A stretch of DNA of 64,000 nucleotides from Haliotis cracherodii (lineage: Eukaryota): NCBI RefSeq assembly GCF_022045235.1, contig NW_027266341.1:19654001-19718000 (forward strand), written 5' to 3'. The notes below the pieces were generated by a model that saw only the letters and a program-made list of their open reading frames with translations, was not told where the DNA came from and did not search any database. Below, in pieces: positions 53,901-64,000 of the stretch; positions within the stretch are counted from its first letter, which is position 1; every line of letters begins with the position of its first letter. The translations under genes and the position numbers were made by a program.

Positions 53901-53910
53901 ACAAGTCCAT
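44807..53910 (-). CDS. ALG5: Dolichyl-phosphate beta-glucosyltransferase (GT2), complete, 322 aa; complement(join(44807..44922,46197..46282,48718..48869,49716..49775,50689..50799,51055..51147,51578..51646,52017..52063,53209..53383,53851..53910))
   Basis: Ten GT-AG exons with consistent phases total 969 nt. Motifs include an N-terminal hydrophobic anchor, [68 protein letters not shown] and WSWLQMGRDL. Confidence 0.97.
45022..45132 (+). mobile_element. 3'-end retroelement fragment (family D)
   Basis: Homologous to 55731-55830; ends in gtcgctatatggctgaaataatgc...(actc)n. Confidence 0.65.
45754..45777. repeat. Poly-G homopolymer (24 nt)
   Basis: Directly visible, in ALG5 intron 9. Confidence 0.9.
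46197..46282 (-). CDS. ALG5: ALG5 exon 9
   Basis: Encodes AFDVDMLYLAQHFKIPLGEVAIAWQEID; phase 2 to 1. Confidence 0.95.
47278..47449 (+). mobile_element. SINE family A, full-length copy (ALG5 intron 8)
   Basis: Full consensus; TSD atgtttcct at 47269-47277 and 47450-47458. Confidence 0.92.
48718..48869 (-). CDS. ALG5: ALG5 exon 8
   Basis: Encodes [39 protein letters not shown]...HVERW; donor TG|gtgagt. Confidence 0.97.
49003..49244. repeat. 53-bp tandem repeat, about 4.5 diverged copies
   Basis: Unit approximately taactcccatactttaacatagacttacgacagtcatagcactaacatgatcg. Confidence 0.85.
49716..49775 (-). CDS. ALG5: ALG5 exon 7
   Basis: Encodes [20 protein letters not shown]; canonical splice sites. 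Confidence 0.95.
49961..50120 (-). mobile_element. SINE family A copy (ALG5 intron 6)
   Basis: Reverse complement of the consensus. Confidence 0.82.
50290..50450 (+). mobile_element. SINE family A, full-length copy (ALG5 intron 6)
   Basis: Perfect 13-bp TSD ctctagatcacat at 50277-50289 and 50451-50463. Confidence 0.95.
50689..50799 (-). CDS. ALG5: ALG5 exon 6 (DxD motif)
   Basis: Encodes GIFVGRGKLMLFADADGASKFSDYKKLE...; canonical splice sites. Confidence 0.95.
51055..51147 (-). CDS. ALG5: ALG5 exon 5
   Basis: Encodes [31 protein letters not shown]; canonical splice sites. Confidence 0.95.
51578..51646 (-). CDS. ALG5: ALG5 exon 4
   Basis: Encodes [23 protein letters not shown]; canonical splice sites. 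Confidence 0.95.
51724..51750. repeat. Poly-G homopolymer (27 nt)
   Basis: Directly visible, in ALG5 intron 3. Confidence 0.9.
52017..52063 (-). CDS. ALG5: ALG5 exon 3
   Basis: Acceptor ctgcag|, encodes LSSMMDEALEYLEDRQ, donor |gtgagt. Confidence 0.93.
52580..53037. mobile_element. Possible degenerate hAT-like MITE
   Basis: Ends are cagggctcaat and attgagccct, with internal tgcacc/ggtgca repeats. No clear 8-bp TSD. Confidence 0.4.
53209..53383 (-). CDS. ALG5: ALG5 exon 2
   Basis: Acceptor tttacag|, encodes CLVIIYVTSVAYPDLGR...[24 protein letters not shown], donor T|gtaaga. Confidence 0.95.
53851..53910 (-). CDS. ALG5: ALG5 exon 1 (coding part, start codon)
   Basis: ATG at 53910, encodes MDLLSIFYFLLVAALIILSL, donor |gtaagt. 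Confidence 0.85.
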
Positions 53911-54060
53911 CTCTACCGGCTTGCTCCTTCGAGTCGGAAGTTGCTGGAGGTAACGGGCACTTGCCGCTAGGCGGCGTTGAGTCCATCCTGCGGATATCCA
54001 CTCAACCAGACAAACCACTGTATGGATGATCGGGCATCGAACGAAAAGAGGTCCTCTAAG
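53911..54060 (-). promoter_or_regulatory. Probable ALG5 5'UTR/core promoter (CpG-rich)
   Basis: A short GC/CpG-rich stretch immediately upstream of the ATG, contrasting with the CpG-poor gene body. It contains an ETS-like CGGAAGT (about 53935-53941) and the palindrome GCCGCTAGGCGGC. The transcription start site cannot be determined from sequence. Confidence 0.45.
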
Positions 54061-54096
54061 GGTTTAAAATCATGAAAATGGAAAAGTCAATCATGT

Positions 54097-54497
54097 CCTT
54101 TCAAAGACAAGAAATATTCAGAATTTAAATTCAGCATAATGAGTTAGTAAGTTTTGTTTGATGTGAGTGGGTCTTTGTGGCCATCCTATCCATATTCTGG
54201 TCTTTTGGCAGGGATTCGGGGGCACGGGTGGCCCAGTCGTCTCAGGCGCCGCGATTCGCTGTGCAGAGTTGCGTCCCTTCGGGCGCGCCAGAAACCTATG
54301 ATTGTGGGTTCCAATCACGATTCGCCCCGATTATATTTCTTGGTTTGTCAGCAACAAACCCGTGCTCATGGGTTTCACCGAAGTGGTAAGCGTCTGAGAC
54401 CTGCACCTCTTGGGGCTTTCCTCCCACATACAGCTGACACGCCGCGATATGACTGTAATACTGTTAAAAGCGGCGTTAAACCCAACTCACTCACTCA
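54097..54497 (+). repeat. About 400-bp direct duplication, copy 1 (copy 2 at 56455-56854)
   Basis: About 120 bp of non-SINE flank (cctttcaaagacaagaaatattcagaatttaaattcag...gggattc) plus SINE C are shared. Confidence 0.9.
54218..54497 (+). mobile_element. SINE family C, full-length copy
   Basis: tRNA-Leu-like head GGTGGCCCAGTCGTCTCAGGCGCC...GTGGGTTCCAATC and the shared tail. Confidence 0.9.
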
Positions 54498-54850
54498 ATG
54501 CTTATGTAAGGGAATTGTGGTTGTCTTTGTCCAGGACTCAGGAAATACACCAGAATCAAATAACTTGTTAAATACAGTTCTTAAGAATGGAAATATGACA
54601 GGTTCAGAACATGGTGACATTTCAGTGATATTATCGCCATGCCCAGGGGACTTACATTCTCCAAATGGTTACTTGAGGCCTGAAACTCTTGATCCGTGAT
54701 GTGTCGACTCCAGAATATGTATCAATAAAATCCAAAGAAGACTCTATATGGTCGGTAGTATCGCTATTACATCTAATTTCATCACAATTATTAAACACTT
54801 TCTTGAAGTGCTCAAACCAACATTTTTTTATCAATCCCATAATCCTGCTC
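54498..54850 (-). mobile_element. Degenerate LINE ORF2 fragment (region just before the RT domain)
   Basis: The minus strand reads WFEHFKKVFN... then, after a frameshift, KSPGHGDNITEM...IFPFLRTVFNKLFDSGVFPESWTKTTTIPLHK. This is the KSPGxD/FPxxW/IPLHK signature of non-LTR retrotransposons, cut by SINE C at 54497. Confidence 0.75.
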
Positions 54851-55412
54851 ACACGGGCTTGATAACACTTACTCAGACTCGAGGCCCGTGAAACAAAACC
54901 GTTAACAAGTCTGTGGTATGAATTTGACACTAATAGCAAGGTAAAATAAGCATAATAGTGTTTTCTTTATTGTCAGGTATCCACATGAATAGCGACTGAA
55001 AGGTGGGGATCCCCCTTTCGAATCCCTTGTGATGAGCGAATCAGGACCAAGCATGTCCTGTGTGACTATTGATTTTGCCATTACAAGGGATAAATATTTC
55101 GAATCCTCATCGCTTAAGGGTCTTTTTAATAGTATTAGTTCTCATTTAATTATAGGATTTTAAAAAGAAATAGAACTTACTGATACATTTTAATTTGTGT
55201 AGATATTTATTTATTTTTATAATATTGGTAGTGTTTAATCTGTAACTCAGATGGTTAGTGGCTGTATCCTCTAAGGGGGTTGAAGTAGCGTAAAATTATA
55301 TTGTCCCTTTAAGAGGATATGTGAGACCACATCCTCAAAGTACGTTTATTCAAACCACAGTTTTTCAACGTAGTATATTTGTTTATTTTAACTGATGGCT
55401 AAATTGCGTACA

Positions 55413-55526
55413 ATCGCCAGCCACTGAAGGGATGGTGACAATTCTGTTCGGGGCCATGCAGGTAGCAAAGGTTCTGTAAGTCCCCATTGCCGCTAGTATG
55501 GTGATCTACCTTCAGTGGCTGGCGAT
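55413..55526. repeat. 114-bp element with 18-bp perfect inverted repeats (small MITE/hairpin)
   Basis: atcgccagccactgaagg ... ccttcagtggctggcgat. Confidence 0.7.
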
Positions 55527-55730
55527 CTATATATCTTTTTTATATTGTGTTGTTACATATAGTGGTATCTTTTTATGGTTGTCTGCTAATTTTAGATATT
55601 AATCTGTGATATTCTAGTTATTTACTGTCCAATGATGACCAAAAAATTTTTAGTCTAAATATATGTATTAATAATGTATAACTTCTCGTCACGGCATGAC
55701 TGAAATATTGACTCACTCACTTTAAATATA

Positions 55731-55830
55731 ACTTTGCATTCGTGACTCACTCGTGTTTATACCAACTTGGTCTCGTCGCTATATGGCTGAAATAATGCCG
55801 ATGCGACGTTAAATTTTATCTCACTCACTC
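55731..55830 (+). mobile_element. 3'-end retroelement fragment (family D)
   Basis: Homologous to 45022-45132. Confidence 0.65.
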
Positions 55831-56454
55831 TTTATATTTCATCAATGAATTCTTACACTGCTAAAACAAGACAGTTCGGGAATTATTACTAGATTTACTC
55901 CGAATCGATACTGCTATGAACTGACAGGGTTAGTATGTGTCATTTAACGAACTATTCGTGTGGAGTTTGACATGATGTTATCAAGCATGCGATCACCACG
56001 CTACATTTGGCCCTACCCTCACGTCTACCGAAAGATGAACACAAACAATATACCATTGCCTATTTCTTAACACACCAGGGGGTTACTCTGGGTGTCGGGT
56101 AACGATCACAGATCTACAGCAGCAGATAACTTACGTGTGGCAACAAATCTCTACAACCCGTTGATACACACGTTGTGAATGAGCTATATAGATATTTGTT
56201 ACTCGGTTGGAAACGGGAGTGTTAGGTCTTGTTTACTCTCGTCCTGATTGTCTACATTTATACATCTACATAGGATGCAATGAAATAACTGACTGGATAA
56301 TGGGCTTCTTCGAGAAGGTAGGGAGCAAGACACTAGCATATACCAATTCTGTAATATGGCAGTCATATCAAGGACTTTCTTTTTTATATAACTCCTCATA
56401 ATAAAGAAGTTGACATCAATAAATTCTCTTCCTTATGGGTATCACCCCTAAATA

Positions 56455-56854
56455 CCTTTCAAAGACAAGAAATATTCAGAATTTAAATTCAGGATAATGA
56501 GTTAGTAAGTTTGGTTTGACGTGAGTGGGTCGTTGTGGCCAACCTATCCATATTCTGGTCCTCTGGCGGGGATTCGGGGGCACGTGTGTCCCAGTCGTCT
56601 CAGGCGCCGCGTTTCGCTATGCAGAGTTGCGTCCCTTGGGCACGCCAGAAACCTATGATTGTGGGTTCCAATCCCGGTTCGGCCCGATTATGTTTCTAGG
56701 TTTGTCAGCACAATACCTGTGCTCGTGGGTTTCACCGAAGTGGTAAACGTCCGAGACCTGCATCTCTTCGAGCTTTCCTCCCACATACAGCTGACACGCC
56801 GCGATAAAACTGTAATACTTTCAAGGCGGCGTTAAACCCATCTCATTCACTCTC
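56455..56854 (+). repeat. About 400-bp direct duplication, copy 2
   Basis: See 54097-54497. Confidence 0.9.
56577..56854 (+). mobile_element. SINE family C, full-length copy
   Basis: Same as the 54218 copy and shares its upstream flank. Confidence 0.9.
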
Positions 56855-57004
56855 AACTCCCTGGGGAGAGTACTCACCATCAGGATTCTCCTTGTCGTGG
56901 AAGTTAAGTACCACACTGAGATAGTCCTGGTCTACGTCCGGACCAGGCATACAAGATGTTGACACACGTTTCATAGTTTACTCACAAACACAGGTAATTT
57001 TTTT

Positions 57005-57157
57005 CAGGCTCGGCGACTTTGTTGATTGTGTGTCAACGTACCCCAACATCGTGGGTCGGTGCTCACCATATTAATCACTGGAATGTCAGGTTCAGACAGG
57101 CCGCCGACACATTGCCTGTGGTATTGCATCTTTAAACCAACAAACAAACAAACAAAC
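57005..57157 (+). mobile_element. SINE family B copy (highly diverged)
   Basis: Runs caggctcggcgactttgttgat...atcactggaatgtc...(caaa)n. Confidence 0.55.
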
Positions 57158-57713
57158 TTACGCTGGTCTCTGTGCAGCGTTACATTTCTCAGACCTCCAA
57201 CAATCCTAGGACCATTTAAAAAAAAAAATATCCTAGGACCATAAGTTCGCATTTACCCTGATTTTGATTCTTGGCTTGTGAGTATCATACACTACTCTCT
57301 AAAAAAATAGCCAATTATTTAATTTAACAAAATTTGTAAAGATATTCACGATCTTACTGTTTATTTCAGCTGAATTGTTTGCTGTGCTGCACGACCTCAT
57401 CACGAGACAAGAGGCCCAAGATCCGCCCTCTGTCTGTCTATGCCTCCACTGAAGCTGCAGCGAAAACACAACGCAGGAGAATTGACACCACCCACAGGTT
57501 AAGCATTCTCAGCGTCACATCATCGGAACTAGATGCATGACCAACCCCGCCGTACAGTCTGACAATCATTGAGGGTACACGAGTTACATGTTTTAAACAT
57601 TTTGTGAGTATAATCCCCTTTTTAAAGCTTTTAAAATTTGCTAATATGAGATAAATTATGTGAAACTTCGACACTGAAGCATGGATATTTAAACAATTAA
57701 AAGAAAGTCAAGA

Positions 57714-57765
57714 CCCCCACCCCACCCCACCACCCCACCCCACCCCACCCCACCACCCCACCACC
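57714..57765. repeat. (CCCCA)n C-rich repeat
   Basis: Directly visible; a similar tract lies at about 24219-24257. Confidence 0.85.
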
Positions 57766-57815
57766 AAAGACTGTGAAAAGATGTTGTTGTTTTTTGCTCG
57801 AACATTTATTTCTCT

Positions 57816-57970
57816 GATGTTTAACGCCGCACTCCGTAATCTTCCAACTAAATGACGGTGGTCTATAAATAATCGAGGCTCGACCAGACAATCCAGTGAT
57901 CGACATCATGATAATCGATCCAGGCGATTGGGATACGATGACATGCATCAACCAAGTCAGCGAGCCTGAC
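57816..57970 (-). mobile_element. SINE family B copy (5'-truncated)
   Basis: Runs tgtttaacgccgcactc...catcaaccaagtcagcgagcctgac. Confidence 0.8.
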
Positions 57971-58041
57971 TCTGACTCTGTTGTTGAGTTATATTGTGAA
58001 CAGTCGTTCAAACATCATTTTTGTCTATTAACTAGACTTAA

Positions 58042-60099
58042 AGGGGCACTGATCTAACGCAATTCCCCGGACTGGTTGTTGCCTTTGTTATTGTTTTTTC
58101 CCCCTTGAGTACCCGGATGATACGCAACGCAACTGAGCGTGACCAGAGACTGGGCTACCGTCTGCAAAGACAGCTAAATAAACTTGGAGGCAATATTTGC
58201 TTTACGAATTTTTGCATAAACACTGATTGGTTAACTGTGATCTATAAAGATTTCGACAAAGGGCGCATGTTGATTAATTTCTTCAGCCTAAACAAACAGA
58301 CAAAAAGAACGGCGGAGCTCATCGGATGTCGTCATTTGGAAATACCCCAGATGGTCATAGTTTAATACTAAAAAAAGTATCTATGCAGTGAAAGCAATTT
58401 CGGATTGCGTCGATAATACGATTACTACTCCCTTGTTGTCATCCACGTTTTCTCGTATAACCCTATACTTGTGTATTTGTCGTCATTCACTTGATGCTCA
58501 GTTAATGAATTTATTACAGGTACAATTAGTGGTAGCACCACTTAGATTACCTGACAAAGGTTCTCATTTGGCATTTATTGTGTCTGGGGTAATTATTCAA
58601 TCTAAATCCAGGTTTGAAGTGAGGTGAAATGTGTCTTATGTAATATGCACGTGGCAGACCAGCAAGAGGTGAATGATCACTTGATTTACTTTTTTTGTAA
58701 ATAAACGGATCGTTCCTAGTCATCAAAGGATTAACAGAAAATATGTTGATTGATTAATCACTGTTATCTTGCACAGTGGATATGTCAAAAGTGAGTGTTT
58801 ACATGTCTAGGTTTACTAAAACAAAGGGAATACACTCATGTCATGGCGTGAAGTGCCGATGTAAAAACAACATACTTTGTTCAAAGGGTTAACTGATAAT
58901 ACGTTGATTGATTGATCATTGTTATCTATCACTCAATGGATTTTTTAGGAACCGTGGACGTTATGAAAATAGTTGTCACGTGGGCTTTCTCAGCCGACCC
59001 TTGAGACTTGACACCTATGTGAAACACCTGAAACAATCCAAGTGATCAGTTGAGAAACGAACACGGGTTATAATATCCCGAAACGATATAGATCTTTTAA
59101 AATATTTGATTGTTACAGAGACACGCGACATCGAATAAGTTTCTTTGTACAGCTGCAGACGAGTGGGATATTGTTCCTTTGTGTGGATATTCACGGATAC
59201 ATTCTTCGAACAAGGAAGCTCCTAAAATTTATACACATAAATTTGGTAAGTTGTAATTATGGTATTTGCATTTTGTTTTCCTTCATTTGAACCGATTCGT
59301 TCTTGTTTCTCTACGTCTTGGTTGGGAAATTCTTCAATGCGCGATAGACATTGTTTTCACAGGTCATTTCCTTTGTAAGCTTGTATAGATTACCGTCAAC
59401 TTGTAAAATGTGATTCTCTCAGGCAATTTATAAAATGTGTAAATATTTCAGTCATTTTGACTAAAAGATCTGTCCAGATTGATTAAGACGATCAAAAGGG
59501 CCTACAAACATCACAACAGATTATTATGTAGGATTAGAAGCCAAACAACATAGACATGTACTTTTCAACGTAACATTTTCAGTCTCTTGGTGATGACATT
59601 AAACATCAAAATGATTGGAATTCGTTATCATAATAATACAGATGGAAATGTTTTTCAGTCACTTTGTAAAATAACTGAATATTTATACGTTTAATAAATA
59701 TGTTACACATTTTGACAGTAAAAAAATATACACACTATAAAAAAAGCAATGCTCAGATGAAATATTTACTTTTTGTTGCAAGTCAAAATAGTGTAAACGA
59801 AAATCGCAAAATTACCAAGCAAGTGACTTATCAAAACTTCGTCACCATTACCGATGCTACCCACAAAAATACCTACATTTCCTTATTATCTCGAAAACTG
59901 TATTTCATTTTGTTGATCAATGTGACCATACGCTCTTATTACTACCGGTATCCATAAAAGTGACTAATGCGCTTACGAATGGCGCAACAGAGGTCGCGAG
60001 CTAGTCTAGATTTCTGCTCTACATCCGGGTACTCACTGGGAAAAAACAATAACAAAGGCAACAACCAGTCCCGGGGAATTGCGTTAGATCAGTGCCCCT
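58042..60099. mobile_element. Non-autonomous DNA transposon with TTAA TSD and about 78-bp TIRs (Kolobok-like)
   Basis: ttaa|aggggcactgatctaacgcaattccccgg...gagtacccggatg is mirrored by catccgggtactc...ccggggaattgcgttagatcagtgcccct|ttaa. No transposase ORF is present. Confidence 0.85.
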
Positions 60100-60195
60100 T
60101 TAATTAATAACCGCCTCGTGACGATCGCCCTCCTTGTGGATGTGTGGGCATATACTCTCAAAAGCAAATTGCAGAAATGTATTTTTCATACATGT

Positions 60196-60318
60196 GTGTG
60201 AGTGAGTAAATATCACGGCGGTGGCCACAAGAAATGGGCTGCATATATTGTAGCAATGTTGGGAATCGAACCCGGGTCTTCGGCATGACAAGCGAACGCT
60301 TTAACCACTGGGCCACCT
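60196..60318 (-). mobile_element. SINE family A copy
   Basis: gggaatcgaacccgggtcttcggcatgacaagcgaacgctttaaccact. Confidence 0.8.
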
Positions 60319-62399
60319 TATGCCTTATACACGTGAAGCGCTGAAACGTACATCTGACATAAGTATTTGTAAGAAAGTCCAAAATCCCCTTTTCGTCGCC
60401 GTACTATGTACTGACATTAACTTCAAATTTGATTTGTTTGTGAGCAGGTGCGTTTTTTTCAGTGGCTTCGTGAAGCTAAAAGTATTTCTAAGGGAGACAA
60501 CTCTTGTACACATAATGTACAGTAATATGTGTGAACCCGGAAGTTCTTGAGAAGCAACCCCGTGGGTCACGAGACTATTATTTTGGTGGTGTTGTCAATA
60601 TTTTAACGCTGTTCGTGCGATTCGTTTCTGTTAAACCGTTTCCTTATCCTTCACCGAACCAGAGTTACCGATCGTAACAAACAAGACCGATCTTTTGCAG
60701 GTTAGTGTGAATGTATGCGGTGTAAACAAAATGACAAAGTCATGCTCCATCATTCATTGAAACAGAGATGTGACCACTAGCCCTAGTTCTGTCATGTACT
60801 GTGGTCTGTTTTCTTAACTATTGCCTGTCATAATTAATCCAAATGAAATATAAACGCCAGAAATACCACGTATCTAACAAAAAGTAGCTCAAGTCATGTA
60901 TTAAATTTCATAAATACTCTCATAATATGCCGGACGAGTCATCGCTGAACAGGAAGAACCATAGAAACATGCCTGTGGTTGTTCCTTCAGGTGTTTCTTA
61001 TGACTTATTCTGTAATTATAATGTAACTCAGTCGCTGGTAATTTGGTAACAACGATTAGCATCTTTGTATCCTTGTGTTATGGGTTTTCGAAAGCTTAAG
61101 ATACATTTGTAATTTTCCCGTTAATCACAAGAACAAGTGTAAAATATCTCATCCGCTTACAAAAGTCAACTCTATCTTAAAAACAGGTTATCATCGGACT
61201 ATTAATAATGTCTGTGTGATCCCGCACCCCTTGTTATGGTGCTTGTAATCGTGATAACCATGGCCGTCCAAAAAACTATGATCCGACGACATATGACTGC
61301 TGAGTCATACTGTGTTTATGTTTACCCCAACACAATTTGTGTTCAGGCCTTAACGCCAAGGGGTACCTAAATATGTGTAGGGCCGGCCTACAGCCTGATT
61401 TGAAAAAAAAATACTGAATTCTATCCCCAATATGTTTCCTTCAGATAATAAATTAAATCTAAAAGATGTTTTATAATATCAAAAATAAAAAACAACAAGT
61501 GGGAAACTGAAACTGTGTATTAATGATAATGACCTTATGTGGTTTCAGATTTGTTTAGACATTGTGTGTCTTTGAAGTTTTTTCAAACCGTTTCAGTGTT
61601 GTAAAATGTGTCATTTTATAAAAGTGGTCTCGAGCAAGCTGCATTCTTTTGTCACATTAACATAGCATAACAAGATGTAAATATATTTGAAACACTTTGC
61701 AACATATGGTGGCTAGTATTTATAGAAATGTTGAATATAGCATTTGCTGGAACACTAGACATCGTTAGTTTTTATGCAAAAATGCATCATCCGGTTCCAA
61801 TATCCTGATCAATGAATATACTATTAAAATACAGTCTACACCCGGTAAGCTACAGGGACCTAGCTCTGTTTCATTAACGTCATCTCTGACTGCCTCTGTG
61901 GGCTAGGACTGGGCAAGGATTGGTCATCGCAGAACAGTATATTGTGTCTGTGTTGGGTGTCTATGTTAACATGTATCTGTAGCATGTTATCTCAGTGGGC
62001 AGGCACTAAAAAAACAGGTATTAGGCGCGTTGTCATCACAAGCATTTTTCATCTACACACATTTTCATTTTTACTTCTTTTATGTTGATGAATTAAGCTA
62101 AATGTGTATGTAATTTTTGGTTGGTACGGGGTCACAAGTATCTATACTTTTCACATGTATCAGATAATATCAATATCATGAATATGAGGATCCCATTGTT
62201 ATCAGGGTTACTTACAACATGTGCATTGTGTGATATGGCTTATACTGTGTCACCATGCCCCGGGGATGTTTGCTCATGCTATCAATCGCTGGTTTGTCTG
62301 TCATGTTTTGACAGTGATGTAACATTACATATATTCATTGAAGTTGCTCGTCTGGATGACTCTTCCTTGTATCATGTATATGGCACACATAACACATTT

Positions 62400-62570
62400 A
62401 GGGAAGTGGGGTAGCCTGGTGGTTAATGCGTTCGCTCACCACGCTGAAGGCCCGGGTTCGATTCCCCACATGGGTACAATGTGTGAAGCCATTTCTGGTG
62501 TCGTCCCCGTGATATTGCTGGAATATTGCTTAAAGGGGTGTAAAACCATACATACTCACTCACTCACTCT
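62400..62570 (+). mobile_element. SINE family A copy
   Basis: Full consensus, flanked by taacacatt. Confidence 0.9.
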
Positions 62571-62581
62571 CCTAACACATT

Positions 62582-62860
62582 GGGGAGCATGAGTGGCGCA
62601 GTCGTCTAAGAAGTTGCATTCGCTGTGCAGAGTTGCATCCCTCGGGGACGTGAGAAACCTAGGATTATGGGTTTGAATCCTGGTTCTCCCTGATTATGTT
62701 TCTAGGTTTGTCAGCACCATACCCGTCCTTTTGGGTTTCACCGAAGTGATAAACTTCTGAGACCTGCATCACTTCGGGCTTTCCTCCCACATTAAGCTGA
62801 CACGCTGCGATATAACTGAAATACTGTTAAAAGCGGTGTATAACCCAACTAACTCACTCA
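62582..62860 (+). mobile_element. SINE family C, full-length copy
   Basis: Consensus, flanked by taacacatt. Confidence 0.9.
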
Positions 62861-63000
62861 TAACACATTGGTTCTAAGGATTGCAGATTATTGAATTTTT
62901 CTTAAATTTCAGCAAATTACACAACAGAAATAATGTTTAGGTTCAACAAATCATATGCTATTAAAAAACCGTTAAGGACCACCCATTTCTTTCATATTGT

Positions 63001-63040
63001 TGACTGCCTCCGTGGTCTAGTGGTAGAGCGTCCGCCTATA
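63001..63040 (+). mobile_element. tRNA-like SINE head next to the assembly gap
   Basis: gcctccgtggtctagtggtagagcgtccgcct has an A-box-like TGGTCTAGTGG; no B box is visible. Confidence 0.4.
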
Positions 63041-63081
63041 AATCTGCATCAGTCCGGACTACATCAGGACTAGTACAAGCA

Positions 63082-63237
63082 NNNNNNNNNNNNNNNNNNN
63101 NNNNNNNNNNNNNNNNNNNNNNNNNNNNNNNNNNNNNNNNNNNNNNNNNNNNNNNNNNNNNNNNNNNNNNNNNNNNNNNNNNNNNNNNNNNNNNNNNNNN
63201 NNNNNNNNNNNNNNNNNNNNNNNNNNNNNNNNNNNNN
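63082..63237. other. Assembly gap (156 N)
   Basis: Run of N. Confidence 1.
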
Positions 63238-64000
63238 AATAATCTTGGTCGCAATGTTGAACCCCATTTCACCTCACCTGAAAGAATCATCTAGTCATGG
63301 CATGACAGATTAACTATAGTCATATAAAAGAATCAGTGGTCCTTAACTTGTTTTGAGTAATATATTACAAGACAAAACAAATGTCAATTGTATTTCTATG
63401 AATGAGCCTTTTGTGTATAAATATTGACAATTAGATGATTATTATTGTATATAACATATATTATTTTGGTGTGTTGCAATGTCTTGGAGCCCATCCCAAG
63501 TTATAAGGTATGTAACACAAGGCTATGTGTTGTGGTACTGCTGCCCTACTGACTAGTCTCAATACATGTCCCCTCACGCCCCCACCCACCTGTTATCACT
63601 CGGTGGTCAGCAACCAGCGCATGAGTTCCTGCAACTCTTTGCACTTTTGTGGTAGATGTGTTGTACTCTTCTAGAAGATTGTTGTATTCTTGTATCAGAC
63701 GTTGTATTCCTGCATAAGATTTGTTGCATTCTTGTGTAGTGTATTTAAGTTCACTCCAAATAAGTTGTCCTTGTCTGTTTATCATGGCCCTCTTTGTGAT
63801 TTACTGTTGTCTGTGTTCATGTTTGTAGTGATTACTCAATCATGAATAACATATTTAACTAGAATTACTAGAATTAACTAAAAAAACAACCCCCCAAAAC
63901 ATATATTTGTTGAAAATTGTAATTAATTTAGTAGCATTAAAAAATTGTAACGATTTATCAGTAATTTTCTTAATTTTCAATGAATATCCCTGTTGATATA

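Noticed and set aside
53911-54018. N-terminal extension of ALG5 from an upstream GTG
   Set aside because: Non-ATG start; the ATG at 53910 already gives a typical-length ALG5 with its N-terminal anchor.
54154-54699. 181-aa ORF on the + strand
   Set aside because: It is a read-through of SINE C plus the antisense strand of a LINE fragment.
63036-63290. ORFs spanning poly-X
   Set aside because: Artefacts of the N gap.

Overview
Eukaryotic (metazoan) genomic DNA, very likely a gastropod mollusc. The SINE sequences resemble abalone (Haliotis) repeats as I recall them, but this is an inference and not a database result. There are two convergent intron-containing genes. (1) On the + strand is an ARHGAP6/ARHGAP36-family RhoGAP, with 10 phase-consistent coding exons from 12652 to 36536 (690 codons plus stop). 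Its start-codon exon was not found, and the protein ends in ...WQRERW...ETLV. (2) On the - strand is a complete ALG5 (dolichyl-phosphate beta-glucosyltransferase), with 10 coding exons from 53910 to 44807 (322 aa). The rest is intronic or intergenic and dense with mobile DNA. It holds more than 30 copies of three SINE families that share one 3' tail, several MITEs, a 2.06-kb TTAA-flanked element with long terminal inverted repeats (Kolobok-like), a degenerate LINE ORF2 fragment, minisatellites, microsatellites and a 156-N gap. Most ORFs in the supplied track are spurious readings of repeats or introns. I see no convincing new protein-coding system. The most interesting unexplained signals are non-coding: a 'headless' SINE whose 5' end folds into a multi-stem RNA with a variable-copy hairpin module, the tail shared among SINE families, a recurrent 14-15 bp AAGGGAGAYAACTC motif, a cluster of RFX-type X-boxes, and a CpG-depletion domain.
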